Source: Dehalococcoidia bacterium
Lineage (GTDB): Bacteria > Chloroflexota > Dehalococcoidia > Lucifugimonadales > UBA2985
NCBI GenBank assembly: GCA_963580875.1
Contig: CAUZMC010000005.1
Coordinates: 1-58,389 of the forward strand
DNA length: 58,389 nt
Direction: 5' to 3'
The notes below the pieces were generated by a model. It saw only the letters and a list, made by a program, of their open reading frames with translations, was not told the origin of the DNA and did not search any database. Position 1 is the first letter of the stretch; each line of letters starts with the position of its first letter. Made by a program: the position numbers and the translations under genes. Shown one piece after another: positions 11,333-21,683 of the stretch.

Positions 11333-11444
11333 ATACTAACTAATTGAGTCCGCCTTTACACGAAACAGCCCAAACCTGTATTATATTATCGTTGAAAATT
11401 TCCTCCGTGAAAGCACCAATATCTCCAATAGAGAGGTGAGAAAT

Positions 11445-11672
11445 ATGGTAGCGTTACCCATCGTTTACACCATTCAGGGCTGTGACGCATGCGTCAAGTT
11501 GCTCAACAAATGGAATACTGAGGGAGTGCAATTCGAAGAACGTCGAGCCGATCTCAGCCAGGAAATCATGGATGAGGCAAGAAGGTACGGCAACGTTGTT
11601 CCAATCATACGATATCCGGACGGAAGAACTGAAGAAGGTTTTGAAGGAGGGATCGGCTGCTACATAGGCTAG
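11445..11672 (+). CDS. Glutaredoxin-like protein (CxxC) with an extra near-terminal Cys
   Basis: IVYTIQGCDAC, cis-Pro motif VVPII and C-terminus GFEGGIGCYIG. SD GAGGTG precedes ATG 11445. Confidence 0.85.
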   Translation: MVALPIVYTIQGCDACVKLLNKWNTEGVQFEERRADLSQEIMDEARRYGNVVPIIRYPDGRTEEGFEGGIGCYIG

Positions 11673-11727
11673 TCGGACCGCCATAGTACAATGGTAATTA
11701 GATCTAAACCAAGGGTGGAGGGTAATT

Positions 11728-12312
11728 ATGACTGACAAAACATCGGTAGTAACCACGGATAGATTCCAACAAGGGTTCACATACGCGGATTTCATAGCAC
11801 AGATTAACGTCAATCAGGATCGTTTTGCGCAGAACGACGTCACTGCCATGGAGGCCCTCACCGACGATGATGGCGCATTTTTCAAAAAGGCAGTTGAAAA
11901 TGGCTGCAAAGTTCTTGTACTTGGGGAGGACTGGTGCCCGGACGTCTACCGTGGCATGCCTGTCATAGCACGTATCGCCAAAATTTCAGGCATGGAAATG
12001 CGCGTGTTCCCAAGGGACTTGAACCTAGACATTGCAGACGAGTTCCTCAACAATGGCGAGTTTAGGTCAATACCGACTGTTGTTTTCTTTAACGCCGACC
12101 AGAAATACCTTGGTCACTGGGTGGAACGGCCTGAGCTCGCACATAAAGAGACTGCAGAGATAACCAAGGAATTGGAACGCGACATGCCAGGACAGAACGA
12201 AGAAGCCATCCGTGATGCCCGCAGAGAACGTGTAAACGCACGCTATCCCGCATGGCAAAAGGATACAGTACGCGAAATACGGGAGTTACTTGGCGAGAAG
12301 CTAGGTATATAA
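11728..12312 (+). CDS. Thioredoxin-fold protein (WCPD motif, single active-site Cys)
   Basis: Motifs VLGEDWCPDV, RSIPTVVF and WVERP. SD GGAGG. Confidence 0.85.
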   Translation: MTDKTSVVTTDRFQQGFTYADFIAQINVNQDRFAQNDVTAMEALTDDDGAFFKKAVENGCKVLVLGEDWCPDVYRGMPVIARIAKISGMEMRVFPRDLNLDIADEFLNNGEFRSIPTVVFFNADQKYLGHWVERPELAHKETAEITKELERDMPGQNEEAIRDARRERVNARYPAWQKDTVREIRELLGEKLGI

Positions 12313-12394
12313 CACCAACATTACAAGTTCGCACTTGTAATACAGCTTAAGACAGAAACTGGGCCGGTTATTCTATTGGTAGCCGCCCAGTTCT

Positions 12395-13675
12395 TTATGT
12401 AACAAGTTTCTCCTCACGTGTTGCGAAATCCCTTATAACACGGCGCGAGCCGGTCTCCGGAATAAGCAACCCACCTACTAGCAGTGTCAGCGGGAAGACC
12501 ACTATGCTCAATAGCCCTATTTGCAGGGAACCTGTGATCTGCTGTATGGCACCTACAAGAAGCGGTCCCATTGCACCCACAATCGGTATAAGCGTCATAG
12601 ATAAACCAGTGGCCACAGCAGTTTCCCTAGGAGCCAATCTAAGGTCAAACGGAATTGTCCGCATGATAGGAACCCATATCATAGCATTCCATCCTGCAAC
12701 AAGAAGAAGAATACCCGCTAATATCGGTAACTTAGTTATGAAAAGAGCTATGTAAAGAGGTGGCAATAGAATACCAGGCACCCATAGGAACGGCTTCCTA
12801 CGGCCAATGAGATCTGAGAGGGGTCCAGCCAGAAAAGAGGCAGCTATGCCTCCTGCGGGAAACATGGTCATGACCATGCCAACCTCAGTCAATGAGAGGC
12901 CCAGAGAATCTAGCGCATGTGTGGGCCAGAATGTCATCACTGAACCCCATGCTAAGGCAGCGCCAGACGGGGCGATCGCTAGCACCCAAAGAAACTTGTA
13001 CCGTCGCAAAACATTTATCGGAGACCTCATTCTAGAGATATCAGATTTCATAATATTAGCCTGCACCTGTTCCCGTGCAATAAACATCCACAGCAAGGCA
13101 CATATCAGCAATAGAATCCCCATCCCAAAATACATGTTGCGCCAACCTGAGAAAAGGAGCATAAGATGAGGGGTAAGGCCAACGGCCGCCATCTGCCCAA
13201 TAGAAACCACTCCTATGGATATGCTGATGACCAGAGGAATCTGCTTGGATGCGAACCATTGCTGCATTAGCAATACCTCTGCCTGTACACGGCTCACAGC
13301 GGTTATGACAAACAGGAACCGAGCTACCAGGAGAATCTCAAAGCTAGGCGCCCACCCATGTATCAGAAGGGTTATGCCTGACAGAAAGACGCACAGTAAG
13401 GTTATTTTCTTGGGACTATATTTAGACAGCCATATGCTAGCTGGAAGTGCCACCAGCGCCGAGCCCAAGAATCCCGTGGCGCCAAGAATGCCAGCTTGCA
13501 AAGGGGTGATATCCAACTCTTCGCTCATGGCAGGCAACATCACTCCCAAGGAGAGGATCGCAAATGGTATCATTAGGTTAATGGCCCAAATGGACCCCAT
13601 AACATACCAGCCATAGTTGATAGAATAGAATCTACCCGCTTTGACTTGCTCAGATGCGCCGTTCATATTTGCCAA
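12395..13675 (-). CDS. MFS transporter
   Basis: 12-TM pattern, GPLSDLIGRRKP and C-terminal PETG. Confidence 0.9.
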   Translation of the reverse strand: MANMNGASEQVKAGRFYSINYGWYVMGSIWAINLMIPFAILSLGVMLPAMSEELDITPLQAGILGATGFLGSALVALPASIWLSKYSPKKITLLCVFLSGITLLIHGWAPSFEILLVARFLFVITAVSRVQAEVLLMQQWFASKQIPLVISISIGVVSIGQMAAVGLTPHLMLLFSGWRNMYFGMGILLLICALLWMFIAREQVQANIMKSDISRMRSPINVLRRYKFLWVLAIAPSGAALAWGSVMTFWPTHALDSLGLSLTEVGMVMTMFPAGGIAASFLAGPLSDLIGRRKPFLWVPGILLPPLYIALFITKLPILAGILLLVAGWNAMIWVPIMRTIPFDLRLAPRETAVATGLSMTLIPIVGAMGPLLVGAIQQITGSLQIGLLSIVVFPLTLLVGGLLIPETGSRRVIRDFATREEKLVT

Positions 13676-14042
13676 TTCTTACCTAATTTTCGATAAACAA
13701 CTATAGATTGATGCTCTGGAAATAATGTATGGCGATTTAGCCTTCGGCTCATCCGTTGCCGAATACACCATATCACGTAAATGCCAGTATGACACAGGTT
13801 CATATCACATACCAAATACTTCGATTAAAGTAGATATAGAGCGATGTAAAACCGAAATCACCCACAGTCCAAAAACACTTCCGCATCCTACTCACGATCT
13901 TGAGGTAATCTGCTGACAATGATTGTATATTCTTTAAAGGCACGCCCAAAATAGTTGACAAGCTTTCGTAATTGAGACTACGATTGCCCCCGTTGTTAAC
14001 TTAACATGCGTATTTCCGCGTTGAGAATTATAGCTAATAAAT

Positions 14043-15344
14043 ATGCCTGACAAAACTTCATCCACCTCAGAAAAGACTGAAAAGCCCAGATTTTATTACG
14101 GCTGGGTCATAGTCCTTATCATAGGTCTGGGCGGGTTTACACAAAGTGCTGAATCATATCCGATTCTGGGCGTGTTCATGAAGCCAATAACCGAGGAGTT
14201 CCAGTGGTCACGCACTCTCTTTTCTGGTTCTACACTTATAGGCACACTTGCTGGTGGAGTTGTGGCAATGTTCGTAGGCCCGATGCTAGACCGCATCGGA
14301 GCGAGATGGACTCTCACCGTAGCTTTCGCAATCCTAGGAAGCACTCTAATCCTCATGGCGTTCATCAATTCCCTATGGCAGTTCTATCTCCTGCAAATTG
14401 TCGGACGCGCACTGACCATGGGAGTCCTAGCTCTGGCATTGGGAGTTGTGGTTCCCAAATGGTTCGTAGCCAAGCGCGGGCGCGCAGTGGCTATGGGAGG
14501 TCTTGGACAGAGAATTGGCAACGCTGTTACGCCATTGTATGTGCAGTTCCTGGTATCACATGGCAGTTGGCGACTAGCAACAGCTGTGGCTGGTCTGCTT
14601 ATGTGGACAGTTTCCATGATTCCCGTGGCAATATTCATGAGGCGCAAGCCAGAGGACATGGGACTGCTGCCAGACGGAGTTAACCCAGAAGAAGCACAAC
14701 GACGCGAGGAATATGCACAGGCGCATCCAGAGCAACGGCCAATGGAAGAGAAATCCATGACCAGGGCACAGGCGCTAAAACACCCGTCTTTCTATCTGCT
14801 CATTGTCGCTTTCTCGCTGGTGTTCCTAGCAGCCCCAGCCCTAAATCTCCACATGATTCCGTACTTAACCGATCAGGGCATTTCCGAAGGCTACGCGGTT
14901 ACAGCAACGGCATTGCTTTCCATCTGCGCTGGCATAGGTTCTCTGGCAGCCGGGTTCCTATCAGAGCGCATTACCGCACGACGTACACTGATAGGTATAT
15001 TGGCGATGATGAGTATTGGCTGCGTTGGTCTACTGCAGGTACACGTAGCCTGGCAGGCTATTGTATGGGGCATCTACTACGGACTTTCTTTCGGCGGCAT
15101 GTTCATACTCCTACAAGTCATTTTCGCCGATTTCTACGGACGGGATAACGTGGGAGCCATCCGAGGAATCGTGTGGCCGATCCAGATGGTATTCAATGCC
15201 ACAGGGCCATTTATAGCTTCCATCGCCTTCGACGTCCTGGGCAGTTACACCATGATATTCCTAATCTTTGCAGTCCTTGTTATGATAGCCAGCGTACTCA
15301 TGTTCTTGGCCAAACCACCCACACAACAGATGCGGAACGCCTAA
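14043..15344 (+). CDS. MFS transporter (paralog of 9959..11332)
   Basis: FYYGWVIV, GPMLDRIGAR, WFVAKRGRA and RRKPEDMGLLPDG. Confidence 0.92.
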   Translation: MPDKTSSTSEKTEKPRFYYGWVIVLIIGLGGFTQSAESYPILGVFMKPITEEFQWSRTLFSGSTLIGTLAGGVVAMFVGPMLDRIGARWTLTVAFAILGSTLILMAFINSLWQFYLLQIVGRALTMGVLALALGVVVPKWFVAKRGRAVAMGGLGQRIGNAVTPLYVQFLVSHGSWRLATAVAGLLMWTVSMIPVAIFMRRKPEDMGLLPDGVNPEEAQRREEYAQAHPEQRPMEEKSMTRAQALKHPSFYLLIVAFSLVFLAAPALNLHMIPYLTDQGISEGYAVTATALLSICAGIGSLAAGFLSERITARRTLIGILAMMSIGCVGLLQVHVAWQAIVWGIYYGLSFGGMFILLQVIFADFYGRDNVGAIRGIVWPIQMVFNATGPFIASIAFDVLGSYTMIFLIFAVLVMIASVLMFLAKPPTQQMRNA

Positions 15345-15443
15345 CCAGACCTGCTGGACGCCATAACTGTCCTCTAAAAGCCCTCAGGATCACAGCTTAA
15401 CAACAGCTACGTTTGAATCAGATAACCCACTTGCGCTCATGCC

Positions 15444-16673
15444 CTATTCGCGTTGTTCACGTATCAGTGGCAGAGTAAGTGACAGCACAGCAGAAAGCAC
15501 GGCCAAGAACAGCACACCCAGGCCCAGAGAGTCCGTGGCATCTCGGATAATACCAAGCAAGAACGGTCCTCCGAACCCACCTATTTCTGCCGCTGCAAAA
15601 AAGAGACCTCCAGCTGCACCCATACGCAACGCACCAACACCACGTGTTTCCATCAACATCAACGTTAGGACAGGCATCATAGGAACTCTTACAATGCTGG
15701 ATATCATAAGAGTTCCTATCAGAGATGTATCGTTAAGTGTCGCAAGCCCAACAGTCGTGGCAGACGCAATAAGGAGTAGGACTGCCATTGTCATTGCCCT
15801 ATAGCCATGACGCGCCATTGAAGGGATAAAGAGCAGGCCAAAAGCTCCAACCAACGTGGAAACCGCAGTCCATAAACCGGCATGTGTCAAAGTCATATCT
15901 CTCTCTTGCAGTAGAGAGGGAAGCCAGTTATTGAGGCCGTGGTTCAAAAGGAAAGTTGCCACTGCCAGAACAACTATTACCTGGACGTTCCGTATACGCA
16001 ACAAGATTCCGAGCGTCCCCATAAGAGACTCGGATTCACCAGATACTTGAGCGGCATTTCCTAAATTTGGCTGAATATCTCGTGCAAAGATCCACCACAT
16101 CACCATAATCACAAGGATCACTCCGCCGTATATAATGGATATGCCGCGCCACGACCCAGTCAGCGGCATAACCACACTGGCAGCAGTAGCCAAAACTATT
16201 GCGAATCCAATAAGAGGCCCTGTTGTGTATATACCAGCTGCAAGCCCTCTTTCGTTCCCCTCAAACCATAGAGATACCACTTTCGGCGCTCCTATGGAGA
16301 TGATTGGCCCACCAACACCGAACAGTGCCACTGCCAGGAAGAGCGTTGTGAAATCACCGGCCACTCCCCTCAATATCAGAGACAACCACACCACGAAAAC
16401 GCCGACACCCAACGAACGGCGCACACCAAATCTATCTATCAGTGTACCAAGTGGATATGCCGTCACTATATAGACAAGTTGCCATGCCCCAAGTACCAGT
16501 CCCATCTGGCTATACGTCATATTCAAATCATTGACGATTGGGCCAACCAATGGAGCTATGGTCCCTGAGGTAATACCAAAGGAAACGTAAAGCAGCCACA
16601 CCAAGCCCAGCATCAACCAACGTAAACGGCTCTTACTTGGGACAAAGGTGGGGGCTTGATCTGAATTATTCAT
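15444..16673 (-). CDS. MFS transporter (CynX/NimT-like)
   Basis: GTLIDRFGVRR, WFEGNERGLAAGIY and NWLPSLL. Confidence 0.9.
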   Translation of the reverse strand: MNNSDQAPTFVPSKSRLRWLMLGLVWLLYVSFGITSGTIAPLVGPIVNDLNMTYSQMGLVLGAWQLVYIVTAYPLGTLIDRFGVRRSLGVGVFVVWLSLILRGVAGDFTTLFLAVALFGVGGPIISIGAPKVVSLWFEGNERGLAAGIYTTGPLIGFAIVLATAASVVMPLTGSWRGISIIYGGVILVIMVMWWIFARDIQPNLGNAAQVSGESESLMGTLGILLRIRNVQVIVVLAVATFLLNHGLNNWLPSLLQERDMTLTHAGLWTAVSTLVGAFGLLFIPSMARHGYRAMTMAVLLLIASATTVGLATLNDTSLIGTLMISSIVRVPMMPVLTLMLMETRGVGALRMGAAGGLFFAAAEIGGFGGPFLLGIIRDATDSLGLGVLFLAVLSAVLSLTLPLIREQRE

Positions 16674-17180
16674 AGTTACGAGGAATTCAATGCCCTGTAG
16701 TCAACTGATAAATCACAGTAGATATGCCTGCACAGGAATTAACGACTGACTCAGGTACCATATATCATACAATACTCTACCAGCGTTGCTGTTTATATCA
16801 AGTAGCTGAATACAGCCCAATACAGTTACCTAATCATCCAAGACCTCAATCGAATCCGTCCCAATCGCTACTTAAACAAAGCACACCACCCGGACTTCGT
16901 ACGGGTCTACGGGATGAAGTCGATCAAGATAAACCACATTCCCTGAGGTCCAGCATACCCAGACTAAGGCTAACATTATTCTCATACACATCATCTGAAT
17001 ATCCTGAAAGATGAATCTAACTGGCATCGCCTACAATGATTCCAATACAATCCTCATGACACTCCATCTGCTAGAGTAAGCAAAAATGGGATTGCATAGC
17101 AACGTATCATGGGTAATACTTATTGCCTTGGCAATATGTGCGCCGTTCCCAATCAAACCCAGACATTCAGAAGGTGTTAC

Positions 17181-17459
17181 ATGACAGTCAGATTGGTTGT
17201 AAATATGGAGGCAGCAGCAGGAAAACGTAATGAATTTGTCGCGGCTTTTACCTCGTTATGCCCAAGCGTACGAGAAGAACCTGGCTGCCAACAATACGAG
17301 CTGTACCAAAGCACCGATAGACCTGACCACTTTGTGCTTATGGAGCGATGGTCCGACTCTGAGGCTCTGACTGTGCATAGCCAGCGTCTCAAGGAAAGCA
17401 GGATTGACTTAGCTTCACTGAGCGCCGGTCCATCAAAGATTGAAAGATACACGGAATAG
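17181..17459 (+). CDS. Antibiotic-biosynthesis-monooxygenase (ABM/YgiN-like) family protein
   Basis: VREEPGCQQYELY and FVLMERWSDSEALTVH. SD AAGGTG precedes ATG 17181. Confidence 0.88.
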   Translation: MTVRLVVNMEAAAGKRNEFVAAFTSLCPSVREEPGCQQYELYQSTDRPDHFVLMERWSDSEALTVHSQRLKESRIDLASLSAGPSKIERYTE

Positions 17460-17500
17460 TTTCTGCAATACCACGGCCATAACGTGATTGGAGGATGAAC

Positions 17501-17875
17501 GTGAGTAACCAATACAATCCGCTCACTCAGGAAGAAAGCTTCGTTATAGAACAGAAGGGCACAGAAAGACCGTTCTCAGGCGAGTACGACGACTTCTATG
17601 AAGTAGGCACCTATATCTGCCGGAGATGCAACGCAGAACTTTACAGGTCCACTGATAAGTTCGACGCCCTCTGCGGCTGGCCGGCCTTCGATGATGAGAT
17701 ACCTGGGTCCGTGAGACGATTACCGGACCCAGACGGAATGCGTATAGAGATTGAGTGTGTCAACTGCGGAGGACATCTTGGGCACGTATTTCTCGGTGAG
17801 TACCTGACCGAGAAGAACACCCGTCACTGTGTGAACTCCATATCAATTAAGTTCGTGACAGGTAATAAAGGGTAG
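17501..17875 (+). CDS. msrB: Methionine-R-sulfoxide reductase
   Basis: GTERPFSG, two Zn-binding CxxC pairs, CGWPAF, GHLGHVF and RHCVNS. SD GGAGG sits 6 nt before the GTG. Confidence 0.95.
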   Translation: MSNQYNPLTQEESFVIEQKGTERPFSGEYDDFYEVGTYICRRCNAELYRSTDKFDALCGWPAFDDEIPGSVRRLPDPDGMRIEIECVNCGGHLGHVFLGEYLTEKNTRHCVNSISIKFVTGNKG

Positions 17876-17926
17876 AGAATACCGTCATTAGGCAGCATCA
17901 CATTTCCCGGAATTATTGGCCAGGTT

Positions 17927-18874
17927 TCACGCCACCACATTTGTTGGCAGCCCTTGCTGCCAGTTATAGATGTTCTGTATCGCTATCGCCAGTCCAGCTC
18001 GATTTGCCTCCAGCGTGTTAGCAGCATTGTGAGGCGACAACACCACGTTATCAAGGTTCTTGAGTGGATGATCATACGGCAACGGCTCCGTCGAAAAGAC
18101 ATCCAGACCCGCGGATGCTATTCCACCACCTTGCAGAGCATTCACCAAAGCATCTTCGTCCACAACTGCCCCACGACCCACATTCACTAGTATGGCCGAA
18201 GTCTTCATAAGACTCAGCTGGTGTGAACCGATAAGACCCTCGCTCAACGGGCTTAATGGCAACTGAAGAGACACCACATCTGCCACGGTCAATAGATCAT
18301 CAAGAGATAAAAACCTCACCCCGTATTCACTGGCCCGTTGTGGAGATGGGTTAATCGTCCAGGCAATTACTTCCATTCCAAAGCTCTTTCCAAGAGCTAT
18401 CACACGCTGGCCTATTGGGCCTGTTCCAATCACACCAAGTGTCTTACCATGCAGTTGACAGACGGTCTCCTGGGGCCACCCTCCATCTCTGATGGCACGG
18501 TCAAACTGAGGTATTTGATGGACAGCCGCCAGTGCCAGCGCAATGGCCTTCTCAGCCACAATCGACGCTGAATACGCGGGTGTGTTTGTCACAGTGATTC
18601 CACGCTTGCAACATGCATCCAGATCAACACTATCCACACCTATGCCAAAGATAGCTATGTGCTTAAGCCCCGGGCAACTATTCAATACCGACTCGGTGAA
18701 GCCGCTTCCTCCAACCGTTATTGCTACGTCGGCTCCAGATAGTCTTTCAACCAGCAGGCTCTCGCTGTCGGCAGGAGAGTCGAAGACCCGTATCTCTCCA
18801 AGTTCTCTGAACTCCTGCTCCAGATTTGAGCTTGCCATAATACCTGGGACATCGTCTGGGATTACAATAATCAT
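17927..18874 (-). CDS. D-isomer-specific 2-hydroxyacid dehydrogenase (SerA-like catalytic domain)
   Basis: GKTLGVIGTGPIG, NVGRG, DVFSTEP and SPH supply the Arg/Glu/His triad. Start chosen from SD AAGGT. Confidence 0.9.
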   Translation of the reverse strand: MIIVIPDDVPGIMASSNLEQEFRELGEIRVFDSPADSESLLVERLSGADVAITVGGSGFTESVLNSCPGLKHIAIFGIGVDSVDLDACCKRGITVTNTPAYSASIVAEKAIALALAAVHQIPQFDRAIRDGGWPQETVCQLHGKTLGVIGTGPIGQRVIALGKSFGMEVIAWTINPSPQRASEYGVRFLSLDDLLTVADVVSLQLPLSPLSEGLIGSHQLSLMKTSAILVNVGRGAVVDEDALVNALQGGGIASAGLDVFSTEPLPYDHPLKNLDNVVLSPHNAANTLEANRAGLAIAIQNIYNWQQGLPTNVVA

Positions 18875-19029
18875 GCGCATACCTTCCGTTGTTTTGTTAT
18901 TCTTCAAAAGAAATCGATACAAATCTCATTCTAAATCATGGAATACGAGGTTACATTCTCCAATTCTGAATATTACCCTCGACTAGAGTTAAATCTGGGG
19001 CTAAAATAGCATTCTACAGGAGGTGAAAG

Positions 19030-20022
19030 ATGCAAACGCTGGTCATGGGTGGCACAAGGTTCAACGGCCTGCACTTAGTACAGGAACTGGTTCGCTATGG
19101 ACATAATGTTACCATACTCAACCGTGGAGTCACCGAGGCTCCTGTCCCTAGAGAGGTACGACGCCTCTACGCCGATAGGAAGGACCATCAGCAGATGAAA
19201 GAGGTGCTGGGTTCCGAGGAATTCGACGTGATTTTCGATATCAGCGCCTATGTCCTGGAGGACGTACAGAGCATAGTTGACATCTTCGAGGGTCAGGCTG
19301 GACACTACATTTTTGCCAGTTCCACAGTGGTATACGCCGCCACCAATATCCTACCCATCAATGAGAACTCCCCTGTGGACAACACTTCCCAGCAGTCAGA
19401 TTACGGTCGCAACAAGCTCATTTGCGAAGATTACCTTATGAAAGTATATCGCCAACGCCATTTCCCCATCACATCGGCACGTTTCTCAATGGTGTTTGGA
19501 CCCGATAACGGGATTCTTGACCGTGAACAGAGAATGTTCATTCGGCTGTTGAACGGTCGCAAGGTACTGATACCCGGCAGGGGCACAACCCTTGGACAGA
19601 TTGGTCACGTGGACGACGAAGCGAGGGCACTGCGAATGATGGCACTAAACCCACGAACTTACGGAGAAATCTACAACGTCACTGGCAAGGACTACTTCAG
19701 CGACGAAGGATATGTGGACACTTGTGCCAGTGCCGTTGGAGTGGAGCCGCAGAAGGTCTTTGTGCCCGCTGAAATCATGGATGAAGCCTCGCCGGACGAA
19801 CTTAGACCGCTGATTCAACGACTAGCCCCATACATCCATAACTGGGATGAAAGCACCATATTCGGCATTGGTAAGCTGCGTGACCACCTTGGCTACGAAC
19901 CATTTTACACCTTTGAGACGGCTATGCAGCAGACCTATGAGTGGTTCATGTCCCAAGGACTCGACAAGAAACGCGAGTACGACTTCTCAAAAGAGGATGC
20001 TCTAATAAACCGCGTCATATGA
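19030..20022 (+). CDS. NAD-dependent epimerase/dehydratase (atypical SDR)
   Basis: VMGGTRFNG, ASSTVVY and YGRNK. SD AGGAGGTG. Confidence 0.9.
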   Translation: MQTLVMGGTRFNGLHLVQELVRYGHNVTILNRGVTEAPVPREVRRLYADRKDHQQMKEVLGSEEFDVIFDISAYVLEDVQSIVDIFEGQAGHYIFASSTVVYAATNILPINENSPVDNTSQQSDYGRNKLICEDYLMKVYRQRHFPITSARFSMVFGPDNGILDREQRMFIRLLNGRKVLIPGRGTTLGQIGHVDDEARALRMMALNPRTYGEIYNVTGKDYFSDEGYVDTCASAVGVEPQKVFVPAEIMDEASPDELRPLIQRLAPYIHNWDESTIFGIGKLRDHLGYEPFYTFETAMQQTYEWFMSQGLDKKREYDFSKEDALINRVI

Positions 20023-20256
20023 TCTAAGCTGTAATCTGCAGGCCATATTCCTGATCCACAGCGTAGAATTAGTCGTAGGCTTGATTGAAGCCGTGGATGG
20101 TAGTCTCCCAGTTGGAGATATCCAAGCTTGAATAGGTTCGTATGATGGATTTCCTGTGGTATCAAAGTTGCCACAGTGATGATAGCCTGATAAGTAGCTA
20201 CTATCAGTCCTCCACTACAGCAAACAGGATATGGTAGGCTACTGAAATCCTTTATA

Positions 20257-21576
20257 GTGGCTCACTCCTATGAGAATGTTTATTTAATGAACAAATTTGG
20301 AATTCTAACAGCACTAAAGCACAGGAATTTCAGAGTCTATTGGCTTGGATTCGTTACTGCTGTTTCCGGCATGCAGATGTTCCTGGTCGTACAGGCCTGG
20401 TTGGTGTTTGACCTGACTGGATCAGCCCTTCAACTGGGACTGCTCGCTCTCGCCAGAGCACTCCCCGCAGTGATTCTCGGCCTGGTTGGAGGAGTCTTCG
20501 CAGACAAGGTAGATCAACGCCGACTCCTGATGGCAACGACATCAGGAATTGCGATTATATACCTAGCACTGGCTACAATAACGTTGATTGGAGTTGTTCA
20601 AGTATGGCACGTCCTGGGAGCTGTATTCCTGGTCGGCGGGCTTCAGGCCTTCGACCAGCCGTCCCGCCAGGCAATCTTTCCAAACCTTATAGATCGCCGT
20701 GACATGATGAGTGCCGTTGCCCTCAATTCAACTGTCCATCCCGGCACGCGTATATTAGCGCCCATTGCAGCAGGGCTTATGATTGATTACATCGGTGTTC
20801 CGCGAGTTGGTGCTGCCATAGCAATCTACGTTGTCGCCGTGGCCTACGCAATATTCAGCTTCATGCTGTTCAGAGTCCACATGCCTACTGTGGAGCGCTC
20901 CGTCGGCAACAGCGGCATCCAAGACCTCAAGGATGGCATCAGGTACATCCTGTTCCGACCAATCTTCCGCCTTCTCATCCTCACAAGCTTCGTCAGCGCC
21001 TTTTTCGGCATGTCGCACATTACCCTGATGCCGATTTTCGCCAATAAGCTCCTCGGCGAGGCTTCAGGCTCGGCTATCTCTTTGCTATTCTCAGCAACTG
21101 GTGTTGGAGGACTGATGGGCGCCCTTATCGGCGGCTCTCTAGGAACAATGCGAAAAAAAGGATGGCTGATTATTGGCGGAGCGAGTTCCTACGGAGGATT
21201 GCTCATCGCCTTTGCATTCTCACCCTGGTACGGCCTTGCACTGGCAATAGAGTGGCTTGCTTCGCTCTGTCTTCAGATTTTCACTGTAACCGCTCAAAGC
21301 ACACTGCATACCTTGGTCCCCAACGAGTACCGTGGCAGAGTTATGGGGATATGGGGCATGACACACTCCCTCATGCAGCCCATGGGTGGCCTAATGATGG
21401 GTGGGGCTGCAAGCGTAATAGCAGCGTCTATGGTTGTAACTATTGGAGGTAGCGTGGTAACACTGTTTGGACTTATTGGTACTGGGCTCAATAGTCAGGT
21501 ACGCAACATAGGCAAAGAAAATGCCTCACCAGCACCGTCTGAAACTGTCAAAAGGTATCTCCCTGACTCTAGATAG
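20257..21576 (+). CDS. MFS transporter (EntS/MefA-like, MFS_3)
   Basis: ALKHRNFRVYW, GGVFADKVDQRRLL, FDQPSRQA and YRGRVMG. Confidence 0.92.
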   Translation: MAHSYENVYLMNKFGILTALKHRNFRVYWLGFVTAVSGMQMFLVVQAWLVFDLTGSALQLGLLALARALPAVILGLVGGVFADKVDQRRLLMATTSGIAIIYLALATITLIGVVQVWHVLGAVFLVGGLQAFDQPSRQAIFPNLIDRRDMMSAVALNSTVHPGTRILAPIAAGLMIDYIGVPRVGAAIAIYVVAVAYAIFSFMLFRVHMPTVERSVGNSGIQDLKDGIRYILFRPIFRLLILTSFVSAFFGMSHITLMPIFANKLLGEASGSAISLLFSATGVGGLMGALIGGSLGTMRKKGWLIIGGASSYGGLLIAFAFSPWYGLALAIEWLASLCLQIFTVTAQSTLHTLVPNEYRGRVMGIWGMTHSLMQPMGGLMMGGAASVIAASMVVTIGGSVVTLFGLIGTGLNSQVRNIGKENASPAPSETVKRYLPDSR

Positions 21577-21683
21577 AATAACTATATATCAGTAAAATGC
21601 TGAACCTCAGTGGTATACCGTAAATCTCAAACACAGTATAATGTCCTATGAATCCCACACACTAACGACAGGAGACAAAAGCC

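Noticed and set aside
13725-13916. 63-aa ORF (also 9684..9890, 16724..17014 and 30207..30410)
   Set aside because: They have no convincing SD, have non-protein-like composition and sit in likely promoter regions.
20147-20210. Hammerhead ribozyme or lysine/SAM/TPP riboswitch
   Set aside because: Only partial words match (TGATGA without the leading C, and no GAAA in the right place). Core consensus elements are missing, so it is kept only as an unclassified candidate.
20820-21070. C-ending-codon-rich patch inside the MFS gene as a recombined segment
   Set aside because: It is visible by eye but short, and I cannot separate it from normal variation without a codon-usage calculation.
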